DNA of 64,000 nt, taken from Scenedesmus sp. PABB004 (lineage: Eukaryota). Shown one piece after another: positions 53,301-64,000 of the stretch. The DNA is taken from assembly GCA_014905635.1 (NCBI GenBank), contig JABVCE010000011.1, forward strand, positions 868,001 to 932,000, in the 5' to 3' direction. The position numbers and the translations under genes are program-made. The stretch's first letter is position 1, and the number at the start of each line of letters is the position of its first letter. The notes under the pieces are model-generated. The model saw nothing but the letters and a program-made list of their open reading frames with translations, was not told where the DNA came from and did no database searches.

Positions 53301-53965
53301 TTGGCGTAGAGGTGCCGGAAGTACAGCTCCTGCGCGCGTGGGCGGGTGCGGGCGGGCGAGGCCGGGTGAGCAGCGCGCCGCGCCGCGCCGTCTGCTGCCC
53401 GCCCGCGCGCCGCCGCCGGCCGCTCTCTCTGCTGTGGCGCGCGCGCTCTGGCCGCCGCTGCCGCCGCTGGCACCGGCGCCGCGCCTTGTAGAGGAGGCAG
53501 AAGACGTGGTCCTGGTCGACCAGGTCCGAGATGGCCTGCGCGGGCGGCCAGGGCGCCTGCTTGAAGTAGCGGTCGCCGAGCTTGGGGAAGGAGACCTCGT
53601 ACATCGCCTCAATCTCGGGGATGTTGCGCTCCCTGCGTCACCAACAACGGCAGCGGTCGGGGGAGGGCAGGGCCAGGGGCAGCAGCCCCAGCGCGGCCGC
53701 GGCGGCGGCGGCAGCAGCGCGATGATCCCCGCCGCCGCCGCCGCGTGCCGCCATGCCGGCGCCGCGGCCGGGCCGCGCCGCCCGCCGGCATGGGCCGCCC
53801 TGGTCTGCCTGGGACGCCGCCCGGCGCGCTGGGCCCGCGACCGGCCGGGCGGGCGGCTGCTGCTGCGCACCTGATGTGCCTGTACAGGTAGACCACGAAC
53901 TGCTTCACGATGTCCGGCACGATGCCGTAGTCGCGCTCGTGAAAGTCATCGCCGCGGAACGCCAT
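50364..53965 (-). CDS. EIF3L: Eukaryotic translation initiation factor 3 subunit L, multi-exon (apparent 1-nt frameshift near 51565)
   Basis: VPDIVKQFVVYLY, LYK-ELYFRHLYA, SWDNYCDLF, LPNNWLWNMVDEFLYQFQSF, MLGYFSLIG, ACPKFI and LLYSSISLPKLA. Confidence 0.95.
51399..51481 (-). ncRNA. Box C/D snoRNA candidate, copy 1, in an EIF3L intron
   Basis: Sense strand shows C-like GUGAUGC (51470-51476), D'-like CCGA (51441-51444), D box CUGA (51404-51407), and a terminal GCGCGGGG/CCCCGCGC stem. It is an AT-richer island repeated at 52009-52091. Confidence 0.75.
52009..52091 (-). ncRNA. Box C/D snoRNA candidate, copy 2, in another EIF3L intron
   Basis: One substitution relative to copy 1 between boxes C and D; 610 nt offset; same boxes. 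Confidence 0.75.
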
Positions 53966-54292
53966 GGCGCCGCCGCGAGCGGGCGCAGCCGCCCCTGCTG
54001 ATGGATGGCGGGCGGGGGCTGTCTGCGGAGGCCTGGCGTGCGCGGCCGGCGTGCTGGGGAGCCGGTGGATCCTGCTGGCGCTCAGCGCCGACAGGGCCGG
54101 GCGCAGAGAGCTGAGCGGGGCCTGGCGCGCTTGCACCCGCGGGCGCGCCCTCGCAGCTTCGCGCGCCTCGCGCGGTCGCGTTGCCTCGCGCTCGGCCTCA
54201 CACACAGCGCGCGAGCGCCGCTGCGCAGCCGCGCCGCGCGGGCCGCGCCGCCGCACGCCGCCGCCGCGCCGCACGCGCCGCGCAGCGCGGGC

Positions 54293-56621
54293 TCACGCGC
54301 CCATGCGCTTGTAGATCTGGCTCGCCTGCTGCACCGCCGCGCTGGGCCCCGCCGGCGGCAGTGGCGGCCCCGGCGGCCCGGGCGGCCCGGGCGGCCCCGG
54401 CGCCCGGCTCGGCGTCGGCGCGCCGAACGCGGCGGCGCCCGGCGGCGGCGCCGCGGCGGGCGCGGCCTCGAGCACGATCGCGGCGCCGGGCGCGACGATG
54501 TACTCGTCGTGCAGCAGCTCGCCCGCGTCGAGCACCACGTCCTGCGGCGGCATGCTGCGCGCGCGCGCGCACGGCGGTGTGGGGCGTCGTCGGCGGCGGC
54601 GCCCCGGCCGTGCCCCGCCGGCCAAACAAACCCCGGCGCGGCGCGGGCGCGCCGCCCCGCGCCGCACCGCGCGGTGTCGACGACGCGCTTCCACTGCGCG
54701 CGCAGGCCCGGCGACGGCAGCGCCGCGGCGCAGGGCTCTGGGTTGGGGTTGAAGGCGACATAGAGCGCCTGCCCGGCGCCGCCGCGGACCATGAAGCCGA
54801 TGAAGTTGGACCCCGGCACCTGGGCGGCCGCCGCCTCGCCGGTCCAGTCCGGCTCCGACAGCGGCGCGGCGCCGTGCCAGCTGCGGCGCGCGGCGGCGGC
54901 GGCGCGCGGGGTCGCTCGGCCGCGGGCGGGCGGGCGGGCGGGCCCGGGCGGCCGGGCGCGGGCGGGCGGGCGCGGGCAGGCGCATGTGCCCTGCCCTGCC
55001 CCACGCACGTGATGGCGCGCGGCGAGTCGAAGCAGGGCGGCGCGAGCAGCTCCCGGTACTTGGCCCGGACCTTCAGCACGCCGCGCACGAAGCGCAGCAG
55101 GCCCTTGCGGCTCATCGTGGGCGCGTTGAACACGGGCGTGCCCTGCGCGGCGACCGCGGCGGGGTGGGACGGCTGGGCGGGCGCCGCCGGCGGCGGCGGC
55201 GGCGGCGGCGGCGCCCGCGCAGCGCGCAGCGCGCGGCGGGGGCGCCTGGCCCGCGCCGCCGCGGCCCGCGGCGCACCTGCGCGACGAGCATGGCGAGCAG
55301 CAGCGACCGCGCGACGACCTCGGCGCGGTCCAGGTCGGCCTCGGCGCCCGCGAGCGCGAGCAGGCTGCCCGCGAGCGGCGGCTCGAGCGCGTTGATCCCA
55401 AACGCGGGGCGCCGCCCCGCAGCGAGCCCGCCCGGCAGCCCGCCGTCCCAGCGCGCCGCGAGCAGGTCCTGGCTGCCGGTCATGCGCGTCGCAAACGTGC
55501 TCAGCATGCCGCCTGCCCGCCGCGGCGCGGTCGGCGGCGGTGCGCGGCGGTCGGCAGCGGTCGGCGGCGGTGGGCGGCGGTCGGCGGCCGCCTGCGCCGC
55601 GCCGCTGGCGCCCGGCGCGCGGTGCAGCGCGTCGCGCGCGCACCGGCGTTGTCGCGCAGCAGCGCGAGCATGTCGGCGCCGAAGCGGTTGTTCCACTCCA
55701 GCAGCACGCCATAGTGGGGAAAGCCGCGCGCGCCGCTGCGCGGCAGCAGCGCGTCGTTGGCCGACGCGGCGATGAGCTTGCAGGACGCGAGCAGCGGGTC
55801 GGCCGCGAGCTCCTCCACGATCGGCGGCGAGTCCAGCACGCCGTTGTGGGGGTCCTGCGCCGCGCGCGGCGGCGGCGCGGCGGCGGCGCGGCGGCGGCGG
55901 TCGCTCTTGCGCGTGCTGCGAGGCGCGGCGCGCGCTCGCACTTGCACACACTCGCACACAAGCAAGCCCGCAGTCACCTGCGTGAGGTTCTCTGCGTTGA
56001 CAAAGGCAAAGCCGTCCACCTGGTACTCCGTCACCCACCAGCGCAGCGCCTCGAGCAGCAGCTGCCGCACGACCGGCTGGCCTGCGGAGCGACCGGGGCC
56101 GCGGGGGGCGTCGGGTGACGCGCGGCCTCCGCGCGGCGGGCGGCGCGCGGCGGTGACGCGCGGCGGGGGCGGCCCGCGCGCAAAGCCGCACCCGTGTTGA
56201 GCACGCCGCTGGCCTCCGGGCCGCCGCCGCCGCGGAGGTACATGTCGCCGTCGAGGCCGGCGTAGCTCTGCAGCCGCCCGCCGATGCCGCCGCCCATCTC
56301 CGACGTCAGGCAGAACTCGGCCTGCGGCCGCGGCGGCGGGCGTCGGCGCGCGCGCGGGCGTGGGCGGCGCCCCCTCTCTGATTTTTGCCGCCGAGCCGCG
56401 GCAGGGAGAGGCCTCGCAGGGGGCGCGCGCCGGCGGGCGGCGCCGCGCCGCGGCGCTCACCTCGAGCAGCACCTCCAGCCCCGCACGGTGCAGCTCCCGT
56501 ATCAGCTCCTTGAGCTGGTCCGCCGCGTCCCCGGGGTTGCCGCCCGCCACAAACCTGGCCGCCGCCGCCACGGCGACGCCGGCGGTGCGGGCGCGTCAGT
56601 GGCCGTGGCGGTGCGCCTGCC

Positions 56622-56652
<31 letters not shown>

Positions 56653-58965
56653 AGCCGCCGCGGCTCCTCACCGCGTGTCGGGCGCGAAGAACGACAGCGG
56701 CCGCCGTACCTCGGGCGCGCCGCCCGCCGCGGCGGCGCTGCCGATCGCGGGCGCCGCGGGCGCGCCGCCGGGCGGCAGCGCCGCGGCGCTCGCGCTGCGC
56801 GTGGAGCTGAGGAAGACGTTGCCCAGCAGCACCGCCGTCGCGCCGGTGGTCTGGATGTCGGCCAGGCGGTCCAGCACGCCGAGGTAGGTGCCGCGCCGCT
56901 CCGGCGGCACCGCCGCCTCCGCGTCGGCGCCTGGCGCGGCGGCGGCGCGGCAGGGGCGAGCGCAGCGCGGCGCGGTCGGCGCGGCGGCGCCCGCGCGGGC
57001 GCGGGCGCGGGCGCGCGCGTGTGTGAAGTCCCGCGCGCCCACCGGTGGTGAAGCCCGCGACGTCGAGCTCCACGATCACCGTCTCCTCGAGCGTGCGCCC
57101 CGGGCGGCGCACGCCCTGCCAGTCAAAGCTGTCGACGAGGTGCGCGAGGCTGCCGAGCAGGCACGGCCCCGACACGCTGCCCTCGGGCGGCAGCAGCGGC
57201 GCGGCGTCGTACGCGGCCTGGGGCAGGCTGACCGGCAGCGCGCGCGGGGCGTAGGGGTCGAGCATGATGTACGCCGGGTGGAAGCGCCCGCCCTCTGCCC
57301 AGCTGCCCGGCCCGCTCGGCCGCCAGCCGTACACGAGGCTCGCCACGTCCTGCGGGCCGGCGCCGCGCGGCGCGCGTCGGCGGCCGCGCGGTGCCGGCGG
57401 CGCGCACTGCTCGGCGCGGCACAGCGCGCGGCGCGGCGCGCGGCGCGGCGCGCGCCTTGAGACCCGCGAGCTGGATGTGCCAGACGTCGCCGGAGCGGTT
57501 GGTCCCCGGGTCGAGCGCGACCTCGAGGTAGCCCCCGCCGTCGGCGCGCATGAGGCACAGGGACATGCCGGTCGCGTGCCGCGAGAACACCTGCGCGCGC
57601 GCGTGCGCCCAGTCAGTCAGCCGCGCCGCCGCGTCGGCGGGGGCGCCGCAAGGGCGGCGTCGCGCGGCCGGGGGCTGCGGCGCGGCGCGTCCCGCGCACC
57701 GCAAAGTTGAGCGTGCACGCCGCGTCCTGCGGGCGCTGCGCCTTGCTCGCCGCGAGCAGCGTCGGCCCCAGCGGCACGGGCCGCCCCGCGGCGTGGCCGA
57801 TGGGCAGCCCAAAGTGCCGCCCCGCGCGCGAGCCGTCAAACGCGTTGGTCTCTGACGCGCGCGGCGCGGCGGACGCGGCGGCGGCGGCGCGCGTGGGCTG
57901 GGCCGGCCGGCGCAGCTGCGGCTGCGGCCCCGCCACCGCCACCGCCTCCCCGTTGCCGCTGCCGCTGCCTACCCCTGCCGCCGCCGCCGCCGGCGCCGCC
58001 GCCGCCGCCGCGCCGCACCTGGGTACCAGAGCAGGAACCCGAGCGTGACGGGCGCCATGTGGCGGGGCAGCTTGATCTCGACCGCCCACACGTCGCGGCC
58101 GCCGTCGTAGTGCAGGTGGCTGCGCATCGCGCCCGTCGCGTCGTCGCGCCAGCTCTCTGGCGGCACGACGTCGGCCGGGTGCACCCACGTCGGGTTGTTG
58201 CGGTACAGCCCCCTGACGCGGCGCGGGCGCGGGTGCAGCGACGCGCCGCTCGCCGCACGGCCCGCGGCGGCCGCGCCGGGGGCCGGCCGCGCCGCGCCGC
58301 CGCGCGCCGCTGCGCGCGCACGCACGCGCGCGCGCGCACCAGTGCAGCTTGGGCGCGACGCCGTCGGGCAGGCCCTCGCCGGGGACGGAGATGATCGCGG
58401 TGTAGCCGCCCTCGCTCGGCTGCACCGCCGCGTAGACCTGCCGCGCGGCGCGCGGGCGGCGCCTGGGCGCGCGCGCCGTGCCGCGGGGGACGAGCACGCG
58501 CGGCGCGGGGGGCAGGCTCCTGCGTGCGCGGCGCGGCGCTGGCCGCCGCACCATGACGCGCTGCGACGTGATGAAGCGAAACTTCTCCGCCGACGGGCTC
58601 AGCCACGTCGGCAGCACCGACGACGGCGCCGCCGCCGCACCGCGCACTACCAGCGCGCCCCGGCGCCGCTGCTGCGGCCGCGCGGCGGCAGGGCGCGGCG
58701 GCGCCGCCGCGCGGCGCCCCGCAGCGGCAGCAGCGGCGCCGCCGCTGCCGCCGGCGCCGCGCCGCGCCGGCGCGGCCTGGCAGGTGCCGGTGCGGCCCTG
58801 CCGGCCGAGGGGAGCCTGGAGGGCACGGGCGGCCGGCAGCGCGCGGGTCAGGCGCGCCGGGAGCGCGCTGCTGCTGCCGGCAGCGATGGCAGGCCTGCAA
58901 CGCACCTCACATCGCGCCGCGCCGCCCGATCGCGCCCCCAGCCGCTGCCCGAGAGCGTTCCGCAT
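54293..58965 (-). CDS. ISA2: Isoamylase 2-type starch debranching protein (GH13, probably non-catalytic), plastid-targeted, multi-exon
   Basis: Transit-peptide-like N-terminus, PVPLG, NFA-VFSRHA, NRSGDVWHI, MLDPYA, LKELIRELHRAGLEVLLE, WWVTEYQVDGFAFVNA, RGFPHY, EWNNRF, ATRMTGSQDL and YVAFN. Confidence 0.88.
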
Positions 58966-59667
58966 GCACCGAGCGCCCAGCGCGCCGCTGAGATGCTCCG
59001 CTGCTGTGAACGGGACGACTAGGGCGCGCGCGGTCTCGCCTCGCCCTGCCGCGGGCTGGCCGCGGACTCAGGCGTCGCCCACCGCCGATCGGGCCTCGTT
59101 AGCCTCTGATCAGCGCGTGGCGCGCCGAGATGCGGCCCGCCGCTGCTGCCGCCGCTGCTGCCGCTGCTGCTGCTGCTGCCGCCGCTGCTGCCGCTGCTGC
59201 GGGGCGTCAGGAGCGAGCCAGGGACCGAGTGCTGAGTGTTCCGGCCGGTGCGCCTGCCGGCGGCACGGGGCTGGCAGCGGTGCGCGCGCCGGGGTGCAGG
59301 GCGCAGCGCGCGTCGCAAGGCGTTCATCCCCGGGGCGCCCTCAGGTCGGCACGCATGCAGTGCGCACCGCATCGCATCATCACAGCACAGTATTGCGTTC
59401 CCGTTGGTCAGTCCGCGGCCGCGCGCCCGCCGCGCGGGGGCCGGCTGCAACGCCAGGGGGCTTGCCGCCGCCCGCGCGTGGCCGCTTGCACAGCTGCGCG
59501 TGAGAGGTGTGCTGGGCGCCGCCTGGCGCTGCGCGCATGATTCAAGGATTGGTGAAGGACAGCAAAAATCCAAGGAAGCAAAGCGAAGTGAGTGAATTCG
59601 CAGCGAACGCGACACCCTGCCTGCGCGGCGCGTGTGCGCACAGATGATTATCCACACAGCAGGTTGA

Positions 59668-62600
59668 TCACACCACGCTCACGCTCTGCTTGGCGCGCCG
59701 CGACACCACGAGCGCGGTCGCAAAGCCGGCCAGCCCGAGCGCGCCGCCGGCGCCAACCCCGACGCCGATGCCAATCTGCATCGGCCTGTTGTCGGCCGTC
59801 GTGGTCGCTGTGGAGGTGAGCGTTCCGGCCACGGGGCCGGTGACGTCGTAGGCGGTCTTGAAGGTCGAGTCAAAGAGCGCGTCCGGGCTGGCCACGAGCG
59901 CCGACACGAGGCCCGCCTGCGTCGCCTCGTCTGCGGGCGCGGTCACGACGACGTCGGCCTTCACGGAGCCCTTGTACACCTGCGCGAGGCGCGGGACGGG
60001 GGCAGGGGGGCGCGGGCGCGCGTGGGCGGCGCGTGGGCGACGGCGCGCGGCGCGCAAGACCTCCCCCCGCCGCCAGCGCCGGCTGGGGCAGAGCGGCGGC
60101 GCGGCCACGCGCGCGCCGTCGCCGCCCGGCCCCCTCCGCACCCTGGCGACGGTGACGCGCGACACGGGCACGCGCGCGCCGCGGGCCACGCTGGCGCGCA
60201 GGTCGTCCTTGAACGCGCTGAGCTTGGCCGCGTCCGCCGCGAGCTTGTCAAAGTCCGCCTGGAAGGTCAGCAGGAACGTGGAGCTCACCGTGGCCGTGGA
60301 CTCGCCCTGGCCCTGCTGCGGGATCAGCACTGCGGGCCGAGCGGGCGGGGAAGCGGGCAGCGGGCAGGTCAGGCGCGCAGGGGGGGGGTCGGGGGGCGGC
60401 GCAGCGCGCTCATGAAGCGCCCCCGCTGCGGCGGCAGCGCCGTCTCACCGCAGGCGCCCTCGCCGGCGGCGTCGGCGTAGCTGCCGGCGGGGCAGTCGCA
60501 CGAGGTGGCGTCGGCCGCGAGCACCTTGCCCGCGGGGCAGGCGCGGCAGGCGAGGGCGTCGGGCGCGTCGCTCCAGGTCCCCGCGGGGCAGGCGGCGCAG
60601 TCGCCCGAGTCGGCGTCCAGCGCGTGCCCCGCGGGGCAGGCGCACGCGGACTGGTCGGCGGCCAGCACGCCCGGCGCCTCGCACGCGTCGCAGTGGTGCG
60701 TGCCGGCGCTGCGGCTGAAGGTGCCGACCGGGCAGCGCTGGCAGCCGCCGGTGCCGTCGTCGAAGAAGCCCGCGGCACACTGGCAGCTCGTCTGGTCGGC
60801 GCTGGGCACCTGGCGGTCGGGGCAGGCCGCGCAGCTGGGCGAGGCCAGCTCGTCCGAGTACGTGCCGGCGGGGCACTTGCCGCACACGCCGGCCTGCAGG
60901 TACGAGCCCGCGCCGCACACTGCGGAGCGGCGGCGGCGACGGCGGCGGCGGTCGCGGCGTCATGGGCGACCTCGGCACAGCGCGCGGGCGCCAGCAGGAG
61001 CCAGGCAGCGCAGCGCCGTGCGGTCCAGGGCGGGCGGCCAGGCGTCCGCGGGCCACGCACCGCACACGCTCCCGTCCCAGTCAAGGCCCGCGGGGCAGTC
61101 GCAGGACGTCTGGTCGGCCGCGAGGACGCGCGGCGGGGAGCAGGCCATGCAGGTGGTGAGAGCAGGGCCAGCGCCCACGGTGGGGCCAAACTCGCCCTGG
61201 CGGCGGGCGGCCAGGCGGCGGGCGGGGTCGGCGCGCAGCCAGCGGCGGCCGGGGCCGCGGCAGCAGCAGCCCGGGCGGCCGGCCCCGCCGCCCAGCGGCA
61301 GCACGTGCTGCATCCACGCCGCCCAGCCAGCCGCGCACCTCGGGGCAGGGCTCGCAGGTCGCGGGCGTGTCGCCGCTGGCGGGCGTGAAGGCGTAGCCCT
61401 TGGGGCACTCGCAGCCAGTGCCGTCGGCCGCGGGGACCATGTTGTCGACGGGGCAGCCGGCCTTGCAGAAGGTGCTGGCGGCCGTGCCCTCGTCGGCATT
61501 CCAGCTGCCCGCGGCGCACGCGGTGCACGTCCCGGCGGCGGCGTCAAACTCGTGGCCCGCCGGGCACGCTGCGGGGCGGCAGGGCGGTCGGCGCGGTGCG
61601 GAGCGGGGCTCAGGGCGCAGGGCGCGGGGCGCGCAGCCCCGGCCGGGCGCCGCGGCAGGGGCGTCGCACGGCCTGCGTGCTCACCGCAGGCGTCGCCTGA
61701 CCGCACAAAGCTGTTGGCGCCCACCACGGCGCCGCACACGCAGCCGGTGCGCGCGCCGTTGGGGACCTGGCCCAGCACCGGGCAGTCGGCACTGCAGGCG
61801 GTGTCGTACTGGCGGCCGACCTCGGCGTTGAAGGTGCCGGCGGGGCACTGCCGGCACGTCTGGGCCGCGGCGTCGAGCGCAAAGCCGGCGGGGCACGCTG
61901 CGCGCGGGCGGCCGGGGGGCGGCCAGGGGGCGGCGGCGGTGGGCGCGGGCTGGCGCAGCACACGCAGCGTGGGGCCGCCAGGCCTGCCAGACTGCCGCGG
62001 GCGGGCGCGGCGGCGCCAGCAGCAACCCACCGCAGGCGGTCGGGTCGTTCGGGTCGCGCTCAAAGCCGTTTGCGCACAGGCAGGTGGTGCGGTCGCCGCT
62101 CACGGCCTTGACCGGCGCGGGGCAGAGCAGGCACGCGGGGGCGTCGGGATGCTCGTTGAAGCTGCCGGCCGGGCAGGCCTGGCAGCTGGCGGGCGTCTCG
62201 CCGGACGCGGGCGTCAGCTTGGAGCCGGGCGGGCACACTGCGGGGCAGGCGATGCGGGGACAGGCCGAGCGCGCGTCAGCGCAGGAAGCGGCGAGGCAGG
62301 GGCCGGCACGCCACGTTGCGCGCGCTGCAACCGCGCGCCCGCGCCCCGCCGCCCCGCCTCACCGCACTGGCTGGCGTCCACGCGGTCAGGCACGAAGCCG
62401 CCGCCGCACACGCACGCCACGCCGCCGGGCGCGACGACGCGCGGCGCGGCGCAGACGCTGCAGGTGGTCGCAGTGGTGGTGCCGAGCTGGTCGTTGAAGG
62501 TGGCCGCCGGGCAGGCACTGCAGTTGGCGGCCGCGCCGTCAGGCACGGCGGGGGTGAAGGCAAAGCCCTTGGGGCACACGCAGCCCGTGCGCGCGGCGTT

Positions 62601-64000
62601 GGGCACCTCCCCCGCGATGGGGCAGGCCTCGCAGGTCGCAGAGTCGGGCGCCGCGCTGACGCGGCCCGCGGAGCAGCGGCTGCAGGTGCCGTCAGCGGCG
62701 TTGCGCAGGAAGCCGGCGGGGCACGCTGCGCGTCGGCGGTGGCGGGCGTGGTCAGGCGGCGGGCGGCGGCGCGCGGCTGCTGTAGCCGCGGCGGTGGCAG
62801 CGGCGACCTGCGGCGCGCCGCGCTGCGCGCACCGCAGACGGCGGGGTCAGCGGCGCTCGCGACAAAGTTGTTGGCGCACGCGCAGCCCGTGCGCGCGGCG
62901 TTGGGCGCCATGCCCGCCGCGGCGCAGGTGGCGTTGCAGCTGGTGCTCGTGGCGCCGACGGCCACGGCGCGGCCGACGACGGCGTTGAAGGTGCCGGCGG
63001 GGCACACGGAGCAGGTCTTGGCGGCGGCGTCAAACTTGAAGCCGGCAGGGCACTCTGCGGGCGCGCGCGCGCCCAGGCGGCGGCGCGGGAGTCAGCGAGC
63101 AGCGCTGAGGCTGCGCCGCCGCTGGTGCTGGCTGGCGGCCGAGCCGTCGGCAGCCTGGTGGGCCGCCAGCGCGCTCACCGCAGGTGCCGTCGCGGTTCAC
63201 AAAGTTGGGCCCGCACACGCAGGCCGTCCTGTCGCTGCTCACGACCTTGGGCGCGGCGCAAGCGGCGCAGTCGGTGGAGCCAGGCGCGGTGCTGAAGGTG
63301 CCGCCCGTGCACGCGACGCAGGTCGGCGGTGTCGCGGGGGCGTCGCCGGCGGGCGTGTACTTGAAGCCGGCGGGGCACACTGCGCGCGCACGCGCGGCGG
63401 GGGCGCGGTGAGAGGGGCGTGCGTGGGCGGGGGCCGCTGTGTAGCAAGCCTCCCGCCAGCGCGCACGCACTGCAGTTGGCCGGGTGAGCGCGGTCCACGA
63501 CAAAGCTGCCGCCGCACGCGCAGGCCGTGCGGTCAGCGCTGGCGACGCGCGGCGCGGCGCAGGCGCTGCAGGTGGTCGCAGTGGTGGTGCCGAGCTGGTC
63601 GTTGAAGGTGGCCGCCGGGCAGGCCGTGCAGTTGGCGGCCGCGCCGTCGGGCACGGCGGGGGTGAAGGCAAAGCCCTTGGGGCACACGCATGCCGTTTGA
63701 TCAGCGTTCAGGACCATGTTGGCGGTGTCACAGCCAGAGAGCTGGGGAGGCTGCGGGGGCGGGGGCGGCGGCGGCGGGGCGGTCAGGGCGGAGAGGCACA
63801 GCCGCGGCAGCGGCGGCTCTGCCGGCCCACGCACGCGCCGCCAGCGCACGCAGCAGCACGCGTAGCGAGAGAGCCTGTGGGCTCCGCCGCGGCGCTCACC
63901 GACGCGGGCGCGACGGCCTGGCAGCACGCCGCGATGGCCTGGGCGGTGGTCATGGCGTCGATGACGGTGCTGGCGTGGGCGACGTTGGGCTGCAGACCGC
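59668..64000 (-). CDS. Cys-rich repeat type-I membrane protein, copy B (5' end outside window)
   Basis: Exon-for-exon near-identical to 44723-49050; ends TALVVSRRAKQSVSVV*. Confidence 0.8.
59713..64000 (+). repeat. Direct duplication of about 44775-49050 (over 4.2 kb, introns included)
   Basis: Long identical runs at an offset of about 14.94 kb, with scattered substitutions and small indels. Confidence 0.95.

Noticed and set aside
24325..53965. EIF3F and EIF3L as a functional gene cluster
   Set aside because: About 25 kb apart with six unrelated genes between them; chance cannot be excluded without synteny data.
59335..59600. AT-richer patch with GTGATGA...CTGA and an AUUUUUG Sm-like word on the minus strand
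   Set aside because: Box spacing is short, there is no convincing terminal stem or recognisable snRNA motif, and it fits the 3' UTR of Cys-rich copy B.

Overview
Eukaryotic nuclear DNA, extremely GC-rich and intron-rich, with TGTAA poly(A) signals; most consistent with a chlorophyte green alga (inference). The supplied ORF track is mostly GC-driven noise, so genes were rebuilt by reading exons across introns. CDS coordinates below are start-to-stop gene spans including introns. About 14 protein genes were found: 3' end of a SET/post-SET protein, an SLC22/OCT-like MFS transporter, a bZIP-like factor, Brr2/SNRNP200 (about 40 introns), eIF3f, a secreted GH79, a Vps39/TGFBRAP1-like protein, a ViaA-like vWA protein, CCDC40, FolD, eIF3L, ISA2-type isoamylase and two near-identical copies of a Cys-rich membrane protein. 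The most unusual signals are intronic. (1) One 1.37-kb Brr2 intron is tiled with at least seven long imperfect hairpins, a candidate polycistronic small-RNA precursor. (2) A duplicated box C/D snoRNA with apparent bipartite LSU rRNA complementarity sits in two eIF3L introns. (3) A perfect 46-bp inverted repeat lies in an intron of the vWA gene. (4) AG|GCGCG (GC-AG) donors are very frequent. (5) Some introns carry complementary GU-rich and CA-rich tracts at opposite ends. All calls are by eye, with no database search or folding run.
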